NCBI RefSeq assembly: GCF_009914755.1
Contig: NC_060941.1
Length of the DNA stretch: 64,000 nt
DNA from: the human T2T-CHM13v2.0 reference genome, Homo sapiens
Direction: 5' to 3' (one strand)
This document shows positions 41,888 through 56,716 of the stretch, piece after piece (within the stretch, counting starts at the first letter, position 1; each line of letters opens with the position of its first letter). The notes below the pieces were generated by a model. That model had not been told where the DNA came from, ran no database searches, and saw only the letters and a program-made list of their open reading frames with translations. The translations under genes and the position numbers were made by a program.

Positions 41888-42421
41888 TGTGGTAGGCATA
41901 CCACGCGTCCTTGTGTAATCCCCTCCCCTGAGTGTAGGCTGGACCTGGTGACTTGCTCCTAATGAGTAAAATATGGTAAAAGTGGGGGAATGTCACTTTT
42001 GAGATTAGACTATACAAAACTGGGACTCCCCTCCTGCTCACACTCTTCGAGACTTCTTTCTTATGTGTTCTGATGAAGCAGCTGCCATGTTGGAGGCTGC
42101 CCCATGGAACGGCCAACGTGCTGAGGAACAGAGGGCACAGGCAGTGAAGGGCATCGGGGCCTTGAATCCAGTGGTCCACGAGGAACTGAATCCTGCCAGC
42201 AACCACTCGAGTAAGCTTGGTATTGGGTCCCCAATTGAGCCTTGAGATGACTCCAGCTCAGCTGACAGCTTGACTGCAGCCTGCAGAGGTGCTGAAGTGG
42301 AGGACTCAGCTAAGCTGCACCTGGATCTGTGACCCACAGAAACTGTGAGATGATAAAAGTTGTTGTTTCAAGACACTGAGCTTTAGGGTACTTTATTATG
42401 CATCAAGAGGCAACTAGTACA
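41888..42421 (+). mobile_element. MLT1 (E/F-like) MaLR LTR
   Basis: TGTGGTAGGCA...TGTGTAATCCCCTCCCC...GAGGAACTGAATCCTGCCAGCAACCAC...AACTAGTACA. Confidence 0.8.
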
Positions 42422-43912
42422 AAGTATAATTTGGAGGAGACCAGCCATACCTGTACCCTCCTTAAGTATACATTTGTATAAGTTGAAATCATGGTGGGTG
42501 CACTAATTTTGAAGTCTTAAAAAATCACTTATCATTATGGGGGAGATATCATTCATCAGGGTCCATGGTCTGTGTATGTATCAGAGTCTGGCCAGAAAAC
42601 AGAAACCACACCAGGTATCTTAACAAAATTTAATATGATGAATTAGATGGCTTAATAACAAGTACAGTGTGAAAGGTGAAAATCATCAATAACCAATCAT
42701 CAAAATCACTCTCAGAAAATGTCATACATCATCAGGACCTGTGGCCTTGGAAACTCAAAAGCCAAGAATTATTGAGCTTATTGTGTTTGTTGCATTTAAG
42801 CTTCTCTTCTGTTCCTTTGTGGTGTCAGAGGCTGAGTTTATTTTGAACATGAACAGAGAGACTTCTCTCTCCTTGACAAGCGTGATTTGTTGAATTAGCT
42901 AGTTAGGTGGGAGTGTAGTGGTGATACACTGTGTAGTAGAAGCATTCTCCATGTTTCCATTCCCCATCACAGTCACACAGCTGTGGATTTCCAGGCCTGA
43001 TTGTCCATTGTGTTGATGTCCCAGTTTATTAAACCACTTCCTTATTGTGGTTCCCAGTTTTTGACCTTTAAAGAAAGACTTCAATGCACACATGTATGCA
43101 GATAACACTTGGCTTCGTTTGGATAATTTCCTTGGAATAATTTCCCAGGGAAAGAGATTACTGGGTCAAAGGGGGAGGAAGAGCTTCATGCCTTTTGCTG
43201 GTAATTGCTTTACTGCTTTCCAAAGGCACTATACCAACCCAGCATCGACAGTTTATAGTGGATGAGGGGTCAGCTTCAGGGCACCAAGTTATTCACTCTT
43301 AGGAAATCAGCTTCCAGGTCCTTCATCAACCACCCAAAAGGGCCTGTAGATGTGAGAAGTGGAGTCCAGCACAGAGAATCCCGGGCTGAGAAGTAGGATG
43401 TCTGAAAGTCCAGCCTCGAGGCAGCAGAGTGAGCAGTTAACAGTATGACCTATGGACAACAGATCCTGAGTTCGAATTCTGCCTTCACCACTAAGTGACC
43501 CTGGGCAAGTTACTTAATTTTTCTAAGTCATTAGTTTTTTCATCTATAAAGCAGGAATTATAGCAACACTAAGCCTTGAGGAGGTGAGAGGAAGATTAAA
43601 CGAGTCATGACATGTGAAGTGCTTAGACCAGGGACTAGCACTTGGTAAATATGTAGAGTGAGTGGTATTACCATTTCTATTATTCAGACGGAGACTCCAT
43701 CTCCATCAGCCCTGCTTCTGTAGTGGCTGACCACCTCCTCTTCTGGGTTTCCACGTGAGACCCCACCCTGGTTCTTCAGTTTTTCCTGGGATCTCGTCTC
43801 TCTGAGACCAAGAAGCAGTCTTAGCTTTGAGATATTGAGTTGGATGGTCCTTGAATGCCCCCTTGTGGACAGCTGGCTTTCTTTCACTCTTTCAGCTGAA
43901 GAGGAAAACTGG

Positions 43913-43913
<1 letters not shown>

Positions 43914-43960
<47 letters not shown>
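43914..43960. repeat. (TG)n microsatellite
   Basis: Read directly. Confidence 0.97.
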
Positions 43961-43961
<1 letters not shown>

Positions 43962-44908
43962 TCGGGGTGGGGAAGAAGGTGGGGGAGGCCTCCATGTTTG
44001 CAGACAAAACAGGAAATAGCACGTCATGGCATCTTTCTTGCCGGCTAGGAAGGCATGGGTGTATGGGTCTCTGTACACTTACATAAACATGGAGGGGAGC
44101 TGCATGTGCTGGTGTGCAGGTGTGTATGTGGGCATACACTTGATACCACTCTCCTTGTTACTGGGGTCTCTCACTGGGTTCTACTGAGACGATGTGATTA
44201 ATGTGATTTGAAAAATGAAAGCCCTGTGCACACACGAGGACATTGTTATGTAGAATAGCTTGTATAACCATTCGGTTGATCCTTTCACTGATTTGGACAT
44301 TCAGTCCCACAGTTGTTTATTGAGTACTTACTATGTACCGGGTCTCCTGAGGTCTGGGGAGGCTACAGTGACCAAGACAGAATCTGTTTCCATCCTCTCA
44401 CAATCCAGTGGGTGAGACAGACAGGTGAGTAAACCTGTGGCGTGCTAGTCCAGCACTTGGTAAATATTCAGTAAATATGAAGAGTGAGTGTTTTTACCAT
44501 ATTCCCAGAGGAGGGGCAGAGCGGCTGTGGAGGGGGAAGGAAGGCTGCCTGGAGGAGGTGACATCTGAGCTGAGCTATGAACTGTGAGTGATCTATCCTC
44601 TCCCTGGCTTTGGGGCAGAGGGCTTGGTACAAAAAGCATTAGTGGGGTTTTGGAAGTGCAGGCTGTAACCCCAACTCCCTGAGCAAGTCCTTTTTTTTGG
44701 GCCGGAGTTTCCTCCTGGACTAAGTCAGGGGATTTGGCCATGAAAGCCACAGTTTCCATCAACTTTGATGTTTTCTGACCTTTTATTCCCTCAGCCTGAG
44801 GAATTCCCATTTCTTCCACTGGTCTTTCATGCCCCATCCTCTTCCCTAAAGAAATGAAAACCAGACTGAGTGATAAAAAGCAGTGAGACATTGGTATACA
44901 CATGTAGG

Positions 44909-45001
44909 ACACACACACACACTCTCACACACACACACTTTCTCACACTCTCTCTCACACACACACACACACTCACACACACACACACACAGACACACAC
45001 A
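44909..45001. repeat. Compound (CA)n/(CT)n microsatellite
   Basis: Read directly. Confidence 0.95.
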
Positions 45002-45341
45002 CTCCTCTATTCCCGCCCTACCCCTGCTCTGCTGGAAACCTCGAGCTGCCTCCCAGGTCAGAGTGGTCTGACAAGGGAGGGGTGGAGTGCAGAGGCAGAG
45101 TGGAGGTGAGAGCTCAGCAGACCCAGTTTCTTTTATGCTTGGCCACTCAGGCAGGTCACCTTGGGGAGGTTACTGAGCTTCCCAGAGCCTGCTTCCAGCT
45201 CAGCAAAGTACATACCCACCTGGCAGGGCTTCCGTGATGATTAGAGCTGCTATATGCGAAATGCGCCCCCCGGACTCTGTGTAGGACCTAGCAGGCTCTC
45301 GGAAAATGGGAGCTGAAAAGTAATGATATTACAAAATATCT

Positions 45342-45636
45342 AGTGTGGTGGCTCACACCTGTAATGCCAGTACTTTGGGCAGCTAAGGCGGGCAGATCAC
45401 TTCAGGTCAGGAGTTCAAGACCAGCCTGGTCAACATGGTGAAACCCCATCTCTACTAAAAATACAAAAAAATTAGCCAGGCGTGGTGGCGGGGGCCTGTA
45501 ATCCCAGCTATTTGGGAGGCTGAAGCAGGAGAATTGTTTGAATCCGGGAGGCTGAGGTTCGCAGTGAGTTGAGATCGTGCCACTGCACTCCGGCCTGGGC
45601 GACAGAATGAGACTTCGTCTAGAAAAAAAAAAAAAA
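45342..45636 (+). mobile_element. Alu (S-like)
   Basis: Dimer; ATCTAGTGTGG duplicated at the flanks. Confidence 0.9.
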
Positions 45637-45979
45637 TCTAGTGTGGGTCAGACTCTTGTGTCTGCAGGAGGGAAAGGTGTGATCTTTCTTCCACTCTGAT
45701 CTTCACAGTGAGAATGGTCTGGGGAGGATAGCAGACATGTGCCAAGCTCACTGTAGGTGGTGAGGCACTCTGGTTCCAGTTTAGAATGCAATTTATTACT
45801 TGGGTCACTTTGGCCGAGTTATTTAACCTTTCTAAGCCTCAGTTTTCTCATCTATAAAGCAGGTACTTTAAAATAGCTCCCTTGTGGAAGTACTGTGAGG
45901 ATTAAGTGAGATAATAAATGTAAAAACACTTCATGTAGTTCCTGGTATATAGTAAGTGCTCCATAAATTGATAGCTACC

Positions 45980-46520
<541 letters not shown>

Positions 46521-47733
46521 ATCTCAGTGTCAACTCCATATACTTCTCAATGTCAACCCCACGCACTAGGCAAGGGGAAGCAGGAGTCTTTGGTGACAGA
46601 AATGTCTATTCCCATGATTGTTGTTGCTATTTCCATCCAGGACAGAGTGATAAGCCCTGGATGGGGGGGTGAAAGCATAGTAGGAGTTTAAAAAGTGGGG
46701 TGATCGGGGATTGAGCTGATTGGGGATCCAGCAGTGCTGCCCAGGGAAGACAGCGTCCAGGGGGCTTGGAGAGAGGCAGGAGTTCCACAGGGTGGGATGG
46801 AGAGAGCAGGGAGGGAAGGTCACTGTGAGCTGAGGGAGTCACATGAACGGTCAAGAGGCAGGAAAATCCAGGCCAAGAGAGAGTCCAAGGCGGGAAGGGG
46901 TGGAGAGGTGTGCTGGCAGCCCACCCGGAAGGCCTGGAACGTCAAGATAAGGGTGTGGAGACGCGGAGTCACGCATGGTCTCTCTGCAGCATAGTCCAGG
47001 GGAGTGGGTGGTTGTGGGATAAGAGTGCCAGGTGGGGAGGAGGAGGTGAGGAGGGAGAAAGAGAAAGCAGTTAGGGGAGGAAAGTCTGGGGTTCACAGAG
47101 GAGAGGCTGGAAGGTGTAGGAGGAAAGGGGGCTTGCCTGACCCCATGCTCATCCTTCTCCCTGAGGCTCTCCAGCTCCTCTGGGGCCCCAGTTGTCACCT
47201 GGCAGCCTCCTTCCTGGAGGTCCACCCCCTTGGGCCCCATTGCTCCATCCACAGGCAGAGGCTTGATCTCCTCTTTCTGCTTTGTTCTCCTTCCAGGAAG
47301 GAAGTGGCTCCAGATGCCGTGGGTGGGACATTCCTTGGCTCTGCTCGCTGTTCCCAGATTTCTCATGATTCCCGGCGACAGAGCTGGCATCTCTAATCAG
47401 CCTCAGAGAGGGGCAGAGTCTTGCTCAAGAACACCTTGCACCTCAGGAAGCCAGAGGCTCTTTTTGAGCTGTCTCAGCCCTCTGAGTGCAAGACCCACCT
47501 CCAGAGAGATGCTTTGGCAAGGTGATTCCCCCCCAGGTCTGCTGGGCACCTACCGTGTACCCTGCACCGTGACGGGCACCAGGAGACAAGACGGCTTCTA
47601 CACTCAGGAGCTTATCATAGATTGGGGGAATGAGATATTACTTAGAGAACTATAAACCCTGGGAAGTACCACAAAAGAGGCACAGACCTATGGGGAACCA
47701 AAGAAAGGAGGATTCATGTTAAAATATTACTGG

Positions 47734-48435
47734 GGGCGGGGCCTGGTGGCTCACACCTGTAATCCCAGCTCTTTGGGAGGCTGAGGCGGGCGGATCACCT
47801 GAGGCCAGGAGTTCGAGACCAGCCTGGCCAACATGGTGAAACCCTGTCTGTACTAAAAGTACAAGAATTAGCCGGACGTGGTGGCAGGTGCCTGTAATCC
47901 CAGCTACTCAGGAGGCTGAGGCAGGAGAATCGCTTGAATGGGAGGCGGAGGTGGCAGTGAGCTAAGATCGTGCCACTGCACTCCAGCCTGGGTGACAAGA
48001 GTGAGACTGCATCTCAAAAAAAAAAAAATTACTAGGAGGAAGTGACATTTGTGATGGTTCATGAAGAAGGCATAAGATCTGACAGGTGAAGATGGCTGGG
48101 AGGTTATTTCAGGGAGAAGGGAGAGCCCACGCAAAGGTGGAGGAAAGAAGTCGGGTGTGGGGGCTACGCCTGTAATCCCAGCACTTTTGGAGGCTCAGGC
48201 AGGCGGATCACCTGACGTCAGGAGTTCGAGACCAGCCTGACCAATGTGGTGAAACTCTGTCTTTATTAAATACAAAAATTTAGCTAGGCATGGTGGCATA
48301 TGCCTGTTAATTCCAGTTACTTGGGAGGCTGAGGCAGGAGAATCGGGAGGCGGAGGTTGCAGTGAGCCGAGATTGCGCCACTGCACTCTAGCCTGGTCAA
48401 TAAGAACGAAATTCCATCTCAAAAAAAAAAAAAAA
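47734..48435 (+). mobile_element. Two Alus (47734-48028; 48150-48435) in L2
   Basis: Alu dimers with A-tails. Confidence 0.88.
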
Positions 48436-49504
48436 GAATCAAATCAGGTTCACCTTTAAAGGGAAGTATCAGGCCAGAGTTGAGGGAGAGCCACAAGCCT
48501 GGGCTTGCCTCTCAGCTTCTGACTGTGGGTCCTGGGCACATTGGTAAACCGTTCTGGGCCTTGGTTTCCTCAACGTGACGTGGAATAGCAGCACCCACCG
48601 CTCATGGTAAATGGAATAGCTGCTCTGGCTTATTTATAGTTGTGTTTAACAAATAGTTTTTCACTTGGAGTGGGTGGGGGCAGGGGGAGAGGATCAGTGA
48701 ATCGGTGCCACTGGTGGTTCAGCCTGGAGGGTGGCTGTGGCTGCCTGTCCCTTTTCATCTTGTGCCTGAAATGTTTGGGGGAAGAAGGTCAGTGGTGGCT
48801 GGAAGCACTACCGCCTTCTCAGGCCTAGCTGGCTCCATCCCCTGCCCTCATGCTCACCTGGAGGGACGGTTATGGGACTGAGGTCTGTGTCATTCTGGCC
48901 ACTGTCATGTCATAAGCTGCTCCAATCAGGCTGGCAGGAGCTCTGCAGCACTAGAGGCTGTGGGCTCCTGGGAGTGGAATGTGAATGCCTGGGAGGCCGG
49001 CAGCCTTGGGCCCCATGCCCACACTGGCACAGCCACTCGGTCCAGAAGAGGGGCAGGAATCCAGGTCACCAGCCGCTGCGACACAGGCTGGCTTGCCGTC
49101 CCCTTTCCTTTGGTTAATCTTCCCTATGAGGAGAGACAGAGAGGAAGAGTCTACAGGATACAGCTCATTTTGCCAGTTTTTTCCCAAAGTCCATCAGGAG
49201 GGACGTGTCTGAGCTGCCCACTTCCTTCGGCCAGCCTTGGAATGAGAGCACATGACTCATGGCCTCACTTCTCTAGACCTGGAAGGTAGTGGGAGAATCA
49301 GACAGATCTTGGTTCTAATCCTGGCTCTGCCACTTATTAACTAGGTAACCTTGTGCACGTTATTAACCTCTTCCAGCCTCAGTTTCCTTGATTGTAAAAT
49401 GGGAATAATAACACCAACTCACAGTGTTATGAGAACTGGATGAGCTAATGGTTAGAGTTAACATAGTGACCAACACATATTGGGAGCCCTTAAATATCAG
49501 TTTC

Positions 49505-49648
49505 CTCCCTCCCTTCCTTCCTTCCTTCCTTCCTTCCTTCCTTCCTTCCTTCCTTCCTTCCTTCCTTCCCTCCTTCCTTCCTTCCTTCCTTCCTTCCCTC
49601 CTTCCTTCCTTCCTTCCCTCCTTCCCTCCTTCTCTCCTTCCTTCCTTC
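49505..49648. repeat. (CCTT)n polypyrimidine tract
   Basis: Read directly. Confidence 0.97.
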
Positions 49649-50809
49649 TATCTGGGGAATATGATGGCTGCCTTGAGGGCAGAGATCTGAGTTGAGAGAG
49701 CTGTACGTACTTAGAGGTGGCCTCCTTCATCATAGAACCCCTCAGAATCCCAGGCCAGAAGACTGGAGAACAACAGGAAATAGGTGATCTCCAAGCTTCC
49801 CACGCTGGCTGTACCCAATAGCTGATGAGATTTATCTGAGGCACCACTATTGTTAAAAGGAATGTAGTGATCTGAGCCCCAGGTGCAGAACCCTAGCATA
49901 GCGATGGGAGCGATTACAGCACTCACCACCTCTGGGGAGAGTCTGCTCTGGCACCCCTTGCTTTAGGGCCCAGGTGAGGCTGAGACAAGCAAGTGTGGCT
50001 ACGTAGGGTAGCATGGGAGAGGTGGAAATAGCTGGACTGGGCTTTTCCCCTCTGGAGGACCAGTATCTCCTATCAAAACTTAACAGTATGGATGCCCCAG
50101 CCACTCTCTGCCAGCCAATTGACAAACAGCCAGCAGCTAATTCACACTAAAATGTTAATAGCAATAAAGGAATCAATGGTATTCACACCCTGGGGGTGTT
50201 GATAGCTGTTAATGGCTGTCAGGTTCTACACATGGCCTTCTCAGCAGCACCACTCTCCTCTCTGAAGCGCCTGTGGCTCAGCTGGAGAGCTGACTGCTGC
50301 AGAGTATAGAGGCCCACGTTTTGGCTCTAGTCTGTGGCTGGGAATCTAACCCAGGGGACACAAGCCAAAGTACAGGAGGCAGGCAGAACTGGAGTACAGG
50401 GTCACCTTGGTGACCACCGTCAGCTCCTAGAGCGCAGGTGAGCCAGTTGGCCTTATAAGCTTAGGTCAGATAAGATGAGACCAAGCGTGTGGCCCACCAC
50501 CGCCCCTTGCTTCAAGAAAGGCAAGGTCTGGAAGGTGGAGGAGAGGTGGCATCTGGGGCAGAGTAGAGCATGGAGGTCCTCCGTGCACAGAGGAGCAAAG
50601 CTGTTGCCCCCTGCTCTTCTTCAACGTGGGCAGCTAGGACCTAAGCTCAGCACCACATCAACCTCATCTGACACGTGGCTGGAGGAACAGGGCAGTGGTG
50701 GCTGTGGTGGGTTGGCCACAGCCTCTCTTGGGCATGGCTGACCAGCTCTTTGGGCATAATGTAGCTCTTAGGAGGCCTAGGCCCAGGCTGAGCCCAGCGT
50801 GGGGGAGTA

Positions 50810-50962
50810 GGGAGTCTCAAACCTATTGGGCTAAAAATCAGCTGAGGGCATTGTTAAGATGCAGGTTCAGATTCCTTAGGTCTGGGGCCTGAGGCTCTGG
50901 TTTTTCACAAGCTCCTGGGTGGTGCTGAGGCTGCGGGTTCAGGTCATACTCTGAGCAGTGAG
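50810..50962. mobile_element. MER5A-like hAT-Charlie MITE
   Basis: TTGTTAAGATGCAG...AGGTCTGGGGCCTGAG...CACAAGCTCCTGGGTGGTGCTGAGGCTG. Confidence 0.65.
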
Positions 50963-51609
50963 TGTGGATGCCTGGGAGTGAGAGGCTGAGCAAAACACTT
51001 TCCTGGCTGTGACCTTCGTGTCCCTTCCGGCTGTGACACTTTGTACATCGCCAAGACCACAAGTTGAGTGGGTGGTTGGGGCGCGGAGCTCCTGCACTCA
51101 GTTGCCCCACTGGCGGAGGAAGGTGGCTGCCCTTTGATGTGATGAAAAATAAGAACAGTCGCCAACCATTGAGAACTTACTCTGAGGACACCTCATCACT
51201 TGTATGTGGCAGAACATGGCCCTGAGATGTTTTTGAGGCTTGGAGGACCCTGAGTTATGAGAAAGTTTAGGGAGGGGAAGCACTGGTTTATTTGGGAATT
51301 ATTCCCATCCCAGGTCTCTCTGGCTCTTTTGAGGGTCAAGGGTCTTATCAATCCCTTTCTCAGTGCCCAGCACAATGCCAAGAGTTCAGGGAGAAAGCAG
51401 ATACCCCACAGAGACCTAGACAGGCCAGAGGCACTGTCCCTGGGCAGGGGAGGCAGGTCAGGCCGGCGGTGCTCACCCAGGGAGGCTCCAGGAACTCAAC
51501 TCGGGCCTCTGATCAACCGCAGATAAACACTGAACTTTCTACCTGAGGAAGCTCCCTGGCAGGGCTGGGTTCCTGTCAAGGAGACAGAGAAAGTTTCCAT
51601 TGAGTGGGG

Positions 51610-51752
51610 GTGTGTGCATGCGTGCGTGTGTGTGTGTGTGCATGTGTGCGAGTGTACGCGTGTGAATGCATGAGTGTGTGCGTGCATGTCTGTGTGCATG
51701 CATGTATGTGTGTGCATGTGTGTGTGTGTCTGTGTTTGTGTGTGTGTGCATG
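51610..51752. repeat. Degenerate (TG)n/(TGCA)n purine-pyrimidine alternation
   Basis: Read directly. Confidence 0.9.
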
Positions 51753-54341
51753 CGAACATGCACCGAGGTGCCCTATTATCTTTTCCTCTCTGCAGAAAAT
51801 CAGGTCAGTGGTTTGACTGTTGTTGTTAACCGCAAGGTGGAGTGGGGAGGTGGCCTGAGATGCTGAGGCTGGGCTAGAGTATGAGGGCCAGGGTATGGGG
51901 CCACCAGGCTACAGGGCCCCCAGGAAGCAGTGGCAATGGATGCCAGTCTGGGGAGAGGGTGCTGCCTGCCATGTCCTGTTTCCCTCCTAGCATTACTCTC
52001 CCTTTCTTTAGGGCCTTGGCTGCCTGTCCTGGTAGCCGCTGTTGAATAACCCAGGGACTGTGGCTGAAGAGAGGCAGTCACTCTGCCTTGTGGCTCGGGA
52101 CACGGTGGAGGGGTGGGAGGTGCGGGCAGGGCCCCCCCATGGGTAGTAGTAACAACAGCCAGGCTCTGGCAGTCGCACTTTCACACCGGAGTCCTCACCT
52201 CGCCCACAGTGCCCTGGAAGCATGAGAGCAGGTGTTATTGTTGAGGGCACTGAGAAAGAGAGAGAGAGGGGCCAAAGAGCTAGTTCAAAGGCATCCCGGT
52301 TCTCACTCTGGCCTCAGACTCCCCTTCTGGGGTCCTTGAGGGCCCCTAGGCCACCCCGAGGGGTTGGAGGAACACTTTGTCCATTCCCCGTGGCAGATGG
52401 AAGGACTCCGGAGCATGTCAGCTGCAGCCTGGGCCTCTGTTGGGTCCTCGGCTCTGGGTCTCTCACAGGCGGCCATCAAGGTGTTGGCTGGGGCCTTGGT
52501 CATCTCAAGGCTGGAGCAGGAAAGGACCTGCCTCCCCAGGCCCTAAGCTTGAATGGTGCTGGGGACAGGGGGCAGCACTCTTCTGGCACGGCAGCCCCTC
52601 CTCCGTCCTCTTGGCATCTTGTCCTTAAAGTTCATCGTTGCCTCGTCCGCTAACCTCCTCCCCCTCCTTTCCGCCTCCATCTCCCCAAGTCCTTCTCGCC
52701 TCTGCTTTTGCTTCCACGGCTGTTTCCTCACGGAGGCTCAGACAATAGAGGCTAATGATCCAACTGCTGAGAGCACACCCTCCTCTAGCAGCCAGAAATC
52801 ATCTGTTACCCATCGCCCGCCCTCCCTGGGGCCCAGGCTTCCAGACTGAGACCTTTTCCTTCCCTCCCACTTCTTACTGGAAATGAGCCCCCGTCCTTCC
52901 ACTCCCCCCTAACCCCCCAGGCCTCCCTTAGGGAGGTTCAAGGACTCGTCTCTGACTCCACCTATCTACTGGGTACCCCTCTGCAGGGGGGAGGCAGGGG
53001 CTGGTGCCCACGAACTCTGGAGGCCCTTCTGGGAGCACAGTCTTGCCATGACCTCTCTAGGTCAGCTCAGCTCCCTGTGCTGGACACAGACCCGGAGAAC
53101 AGCTCAGCACGAGGTTACCAGGCTGACGTTGCACAGACTGTGCTGGAAATTACAGAGTGCCTTGGAGGGAAAAACAAACTGGGGTTTCAGTTCCCATGGA
53201 AACGACATCTATTTGCAGAGGTGCTTGCGTCAGAGCCCGGGACCCTGTGCTTGGCAGGGATGGGGTGGATGTTAAAAGGCAGGGTCATCTGTTGACTGTC
53301 TGGGACTCTTCCAGGACAGTGTCTGAAATGGGGCCCTTACCTTTAGCCATGACAAACAGCTCTTTCCACAGAGGGGCCTGTCTGCCTGGGCATGTCTCTG
53401 CAATGCTGGGGTTTTTGGGTAGATTTTAAACTTATGAGTCAAGGGTGTGGGAAGACCCCACATTCGCCATTCATGAGCATTTATTCCACGAGCATGTTTT
53501 GACCTATGATGTGCCAGGCACTGGGCTAGGCCAGCCAATCAGGAGTTGGTCTGGACCTGCTAAGTTTGGGGCCTAAAGTCTCCCTTCCTGGGAGGAGCTT
53601 TGGTCAGACAGGGGCAAAGTGGGGACCTGCCAGGGACCACGTGACGTGGGAGCACACAGGCTCAGCAATGCCAGTCCCCTCACTCTGTAACCAAAGCAAA
53701 TGCCTTCTGTCCTCGTGTGTCACAGGGGAGTAATTCCTCATCTCACGGGGAAAGATGACCCCTAAACTAGCCACTGAGGTCCCCACAGCAGAGGCGATTA
53801 TTCCAGCTATTGTTATGGAAGAGTGTCTATTGTTACCCTCTCTATCACTTTACACTTTACGAAGAGCTGTACATCCACTACCTCGTTTAATGTAACACTC
53901 CAGGGAGGTTTTAACAACATCACACCTGTTTTCAAACGGGGAAACTGCATCGAGGGAGGAGAAGGCACTTGTCAAGGTCACACGGATGATAAACGGTGAG
54001 ACCAGTATGGGAATCTGAATGCCGGACCCCCTGCTTTGCCCCCTCCTCCCTGTCCTGGGGCACCTGGTGACCAGACCTCCCACCCTGGCAGGCCTCCAAC
54101 CAGCCCGGCTGTTTCCCACGCCTGGGGAATGGGAACCAGCTGTGTGCTAGTGCGGTGGGGCATGGATTGTTCTGGATCTGGTCTCATGGAGACTGCACAT
54201 CAGAAAGACCACAACCCTCAACTCTGCTGCTCACCCAAGTCACTTCACTCTTCCTTGACTCAGTTTCCCTCTCAGTAAGTTGACAGAAAGCCTGTGAGGG
54301 GATCTGAGTGACTTATGTCCTATAAGAAATCTGAAGAAATA

Positions 54342-54770
<429 letters not shown>

Positions 54771-54849
54771 TTAAGAATCTGGTATCACCTAACAGAATGA
54801 TGGGGTTTTCAGGGAAGGGACAGAGGCTGGGACAATTTTAAATAGGGAT

Positions 54850-55317
<468 letters not shown>

Positions 55318-55375
55318 CAGGAAGGTTAGGGTTGGGGGTGGAGAATACAGGTTGGGGGTAAAGAATAGAGGAGGA

Positions 55376-55680
55376 GGCCAGGCGCGGTGGCTCACACCTG
55401 TAATCCCAGCACTTTGGGAGGCCGAGGCGGGCAGATCATGAGGTCAGGAGATCGAGACCATCCTGGCTAACGCGGTGAAACCCTGTCTCTACTTAAAATA
55501 CAAAAAATTAGCCGGGCATGGTGGTGGGTGCCTGTAGTCCCAGCTACTCAGGAGGCTGAGCCAGGATAATGGCATGAACCCTGGAGGCGGAGGTTGTGGT
55601 GAGCCGAGATCGCGCCATTGCCCAGCCTGGGCAACAAGAGTGAAACTCCGTCTCAAAAAAAAAAAAAAAAAAAAAAAAAA
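55376..55680 (+). mobile_element. AluY with long A-tail
   Basis: Perfect TSD AAGAATAGAGGAGGA. Confidence 0.92.
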
Positions 55681-56716
55681 GAATAGAGGAGGAAGAAAAA
55701 TTTCCAGGCCTTGGAGTCCTGCTTGGTTTGGGTAGGGGGTGGGGCAGGATGGGGCTGCAGGATCCTGAAGGTCCCTGAAGTGATGGTGGCCATGAGGCCA
55801 TGAATTACATCCACCTCTGTGCTTGTACCTGGCTGTGAGGTGTGAAGTGAGACCAGGAGAAGATGGGAAATAAACGCGTTCCAAATGTCTGCTGTAATGA
55901 GGGGGTCTGGAGTTCCTGTGCCAAGAATCAGATTGCAGGCCTGATCACGAGACGAGCTGTTGATTGCTGCAGGAATCCAGGAGGTGTTGTGTCTGTGTGT
56001 GCCTTGCCACCCTGCAATGTAGAATTGGCTATCCCATTCCACAAAGGAGGAAGCTGAGGCCCGGAGTTACACGGCGTGCCCAAGGCTGTGTAGCTAGTAA
56101 GAAGGGAGGTGGGCATCCTCTGACTGACTCTGAGGGCGGGACCGCCCTGTGCTTGCGGGGAGCACAGGGGCATTGTTCTTACTGCTTTGGGTCCAAGACC
56201 TTCTGAGCTCTTATGAGACCACTGCTGGGGCCAGCTCACCTGGGGACTCAGTTCCTGCCCCCACTCCCCACCCGTTCTTTCTTGCCCTCTCTCTCTCCCT
56301 CTCCACCTCCATCCCTGTCCCCTTTCCGTCCATGCGCCCACCTCCCTGGCTCTCCCTTTCTTCTGGTCCCAGCCGCTGAGTGGGGTGGGTGAGCCCAGGG
56401 CCGAAGAGAGAGGTGGGAGATGTTTGCAGGTGGAGGACATGAACCTGTTTTCTCTCCAAGCCCCTTCCCTTCACATTGTTCTGCTGCCCCCAATGTTAAG
56501 TCAATTGAATTGTGTCAGCAGGCTGCAGGGCATAGGCTGCATGTTGTAGCGTTGCTTGTGAGCGTCTGGACCCCTTCTGGGTATCAATGTGTGTGCTTTG
56601 GCGCGTGAACATGGGGGGCTATTGCTGTTTGTGTGGGTGTTGCATTTGTGGCATGCATGTGTTTGTGCATCTGTGTGTATGTGTGTAGCGGATGCACTCT
56701 TGTCTATATAGGTAGG

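Noticed and set aside
43684-45109. His/Thr- or Cys/Val-repeat ORFs (also at 51.5 kb and 60.5 kb)
   Set aside because: These are translations of (CA)n/(TG)n microsatellites.
51101-51118. CTCF-like CCGCCAGTGGGGCA on the minus strand
   Set aside because: The core spacing is off by one base; too weak to call.
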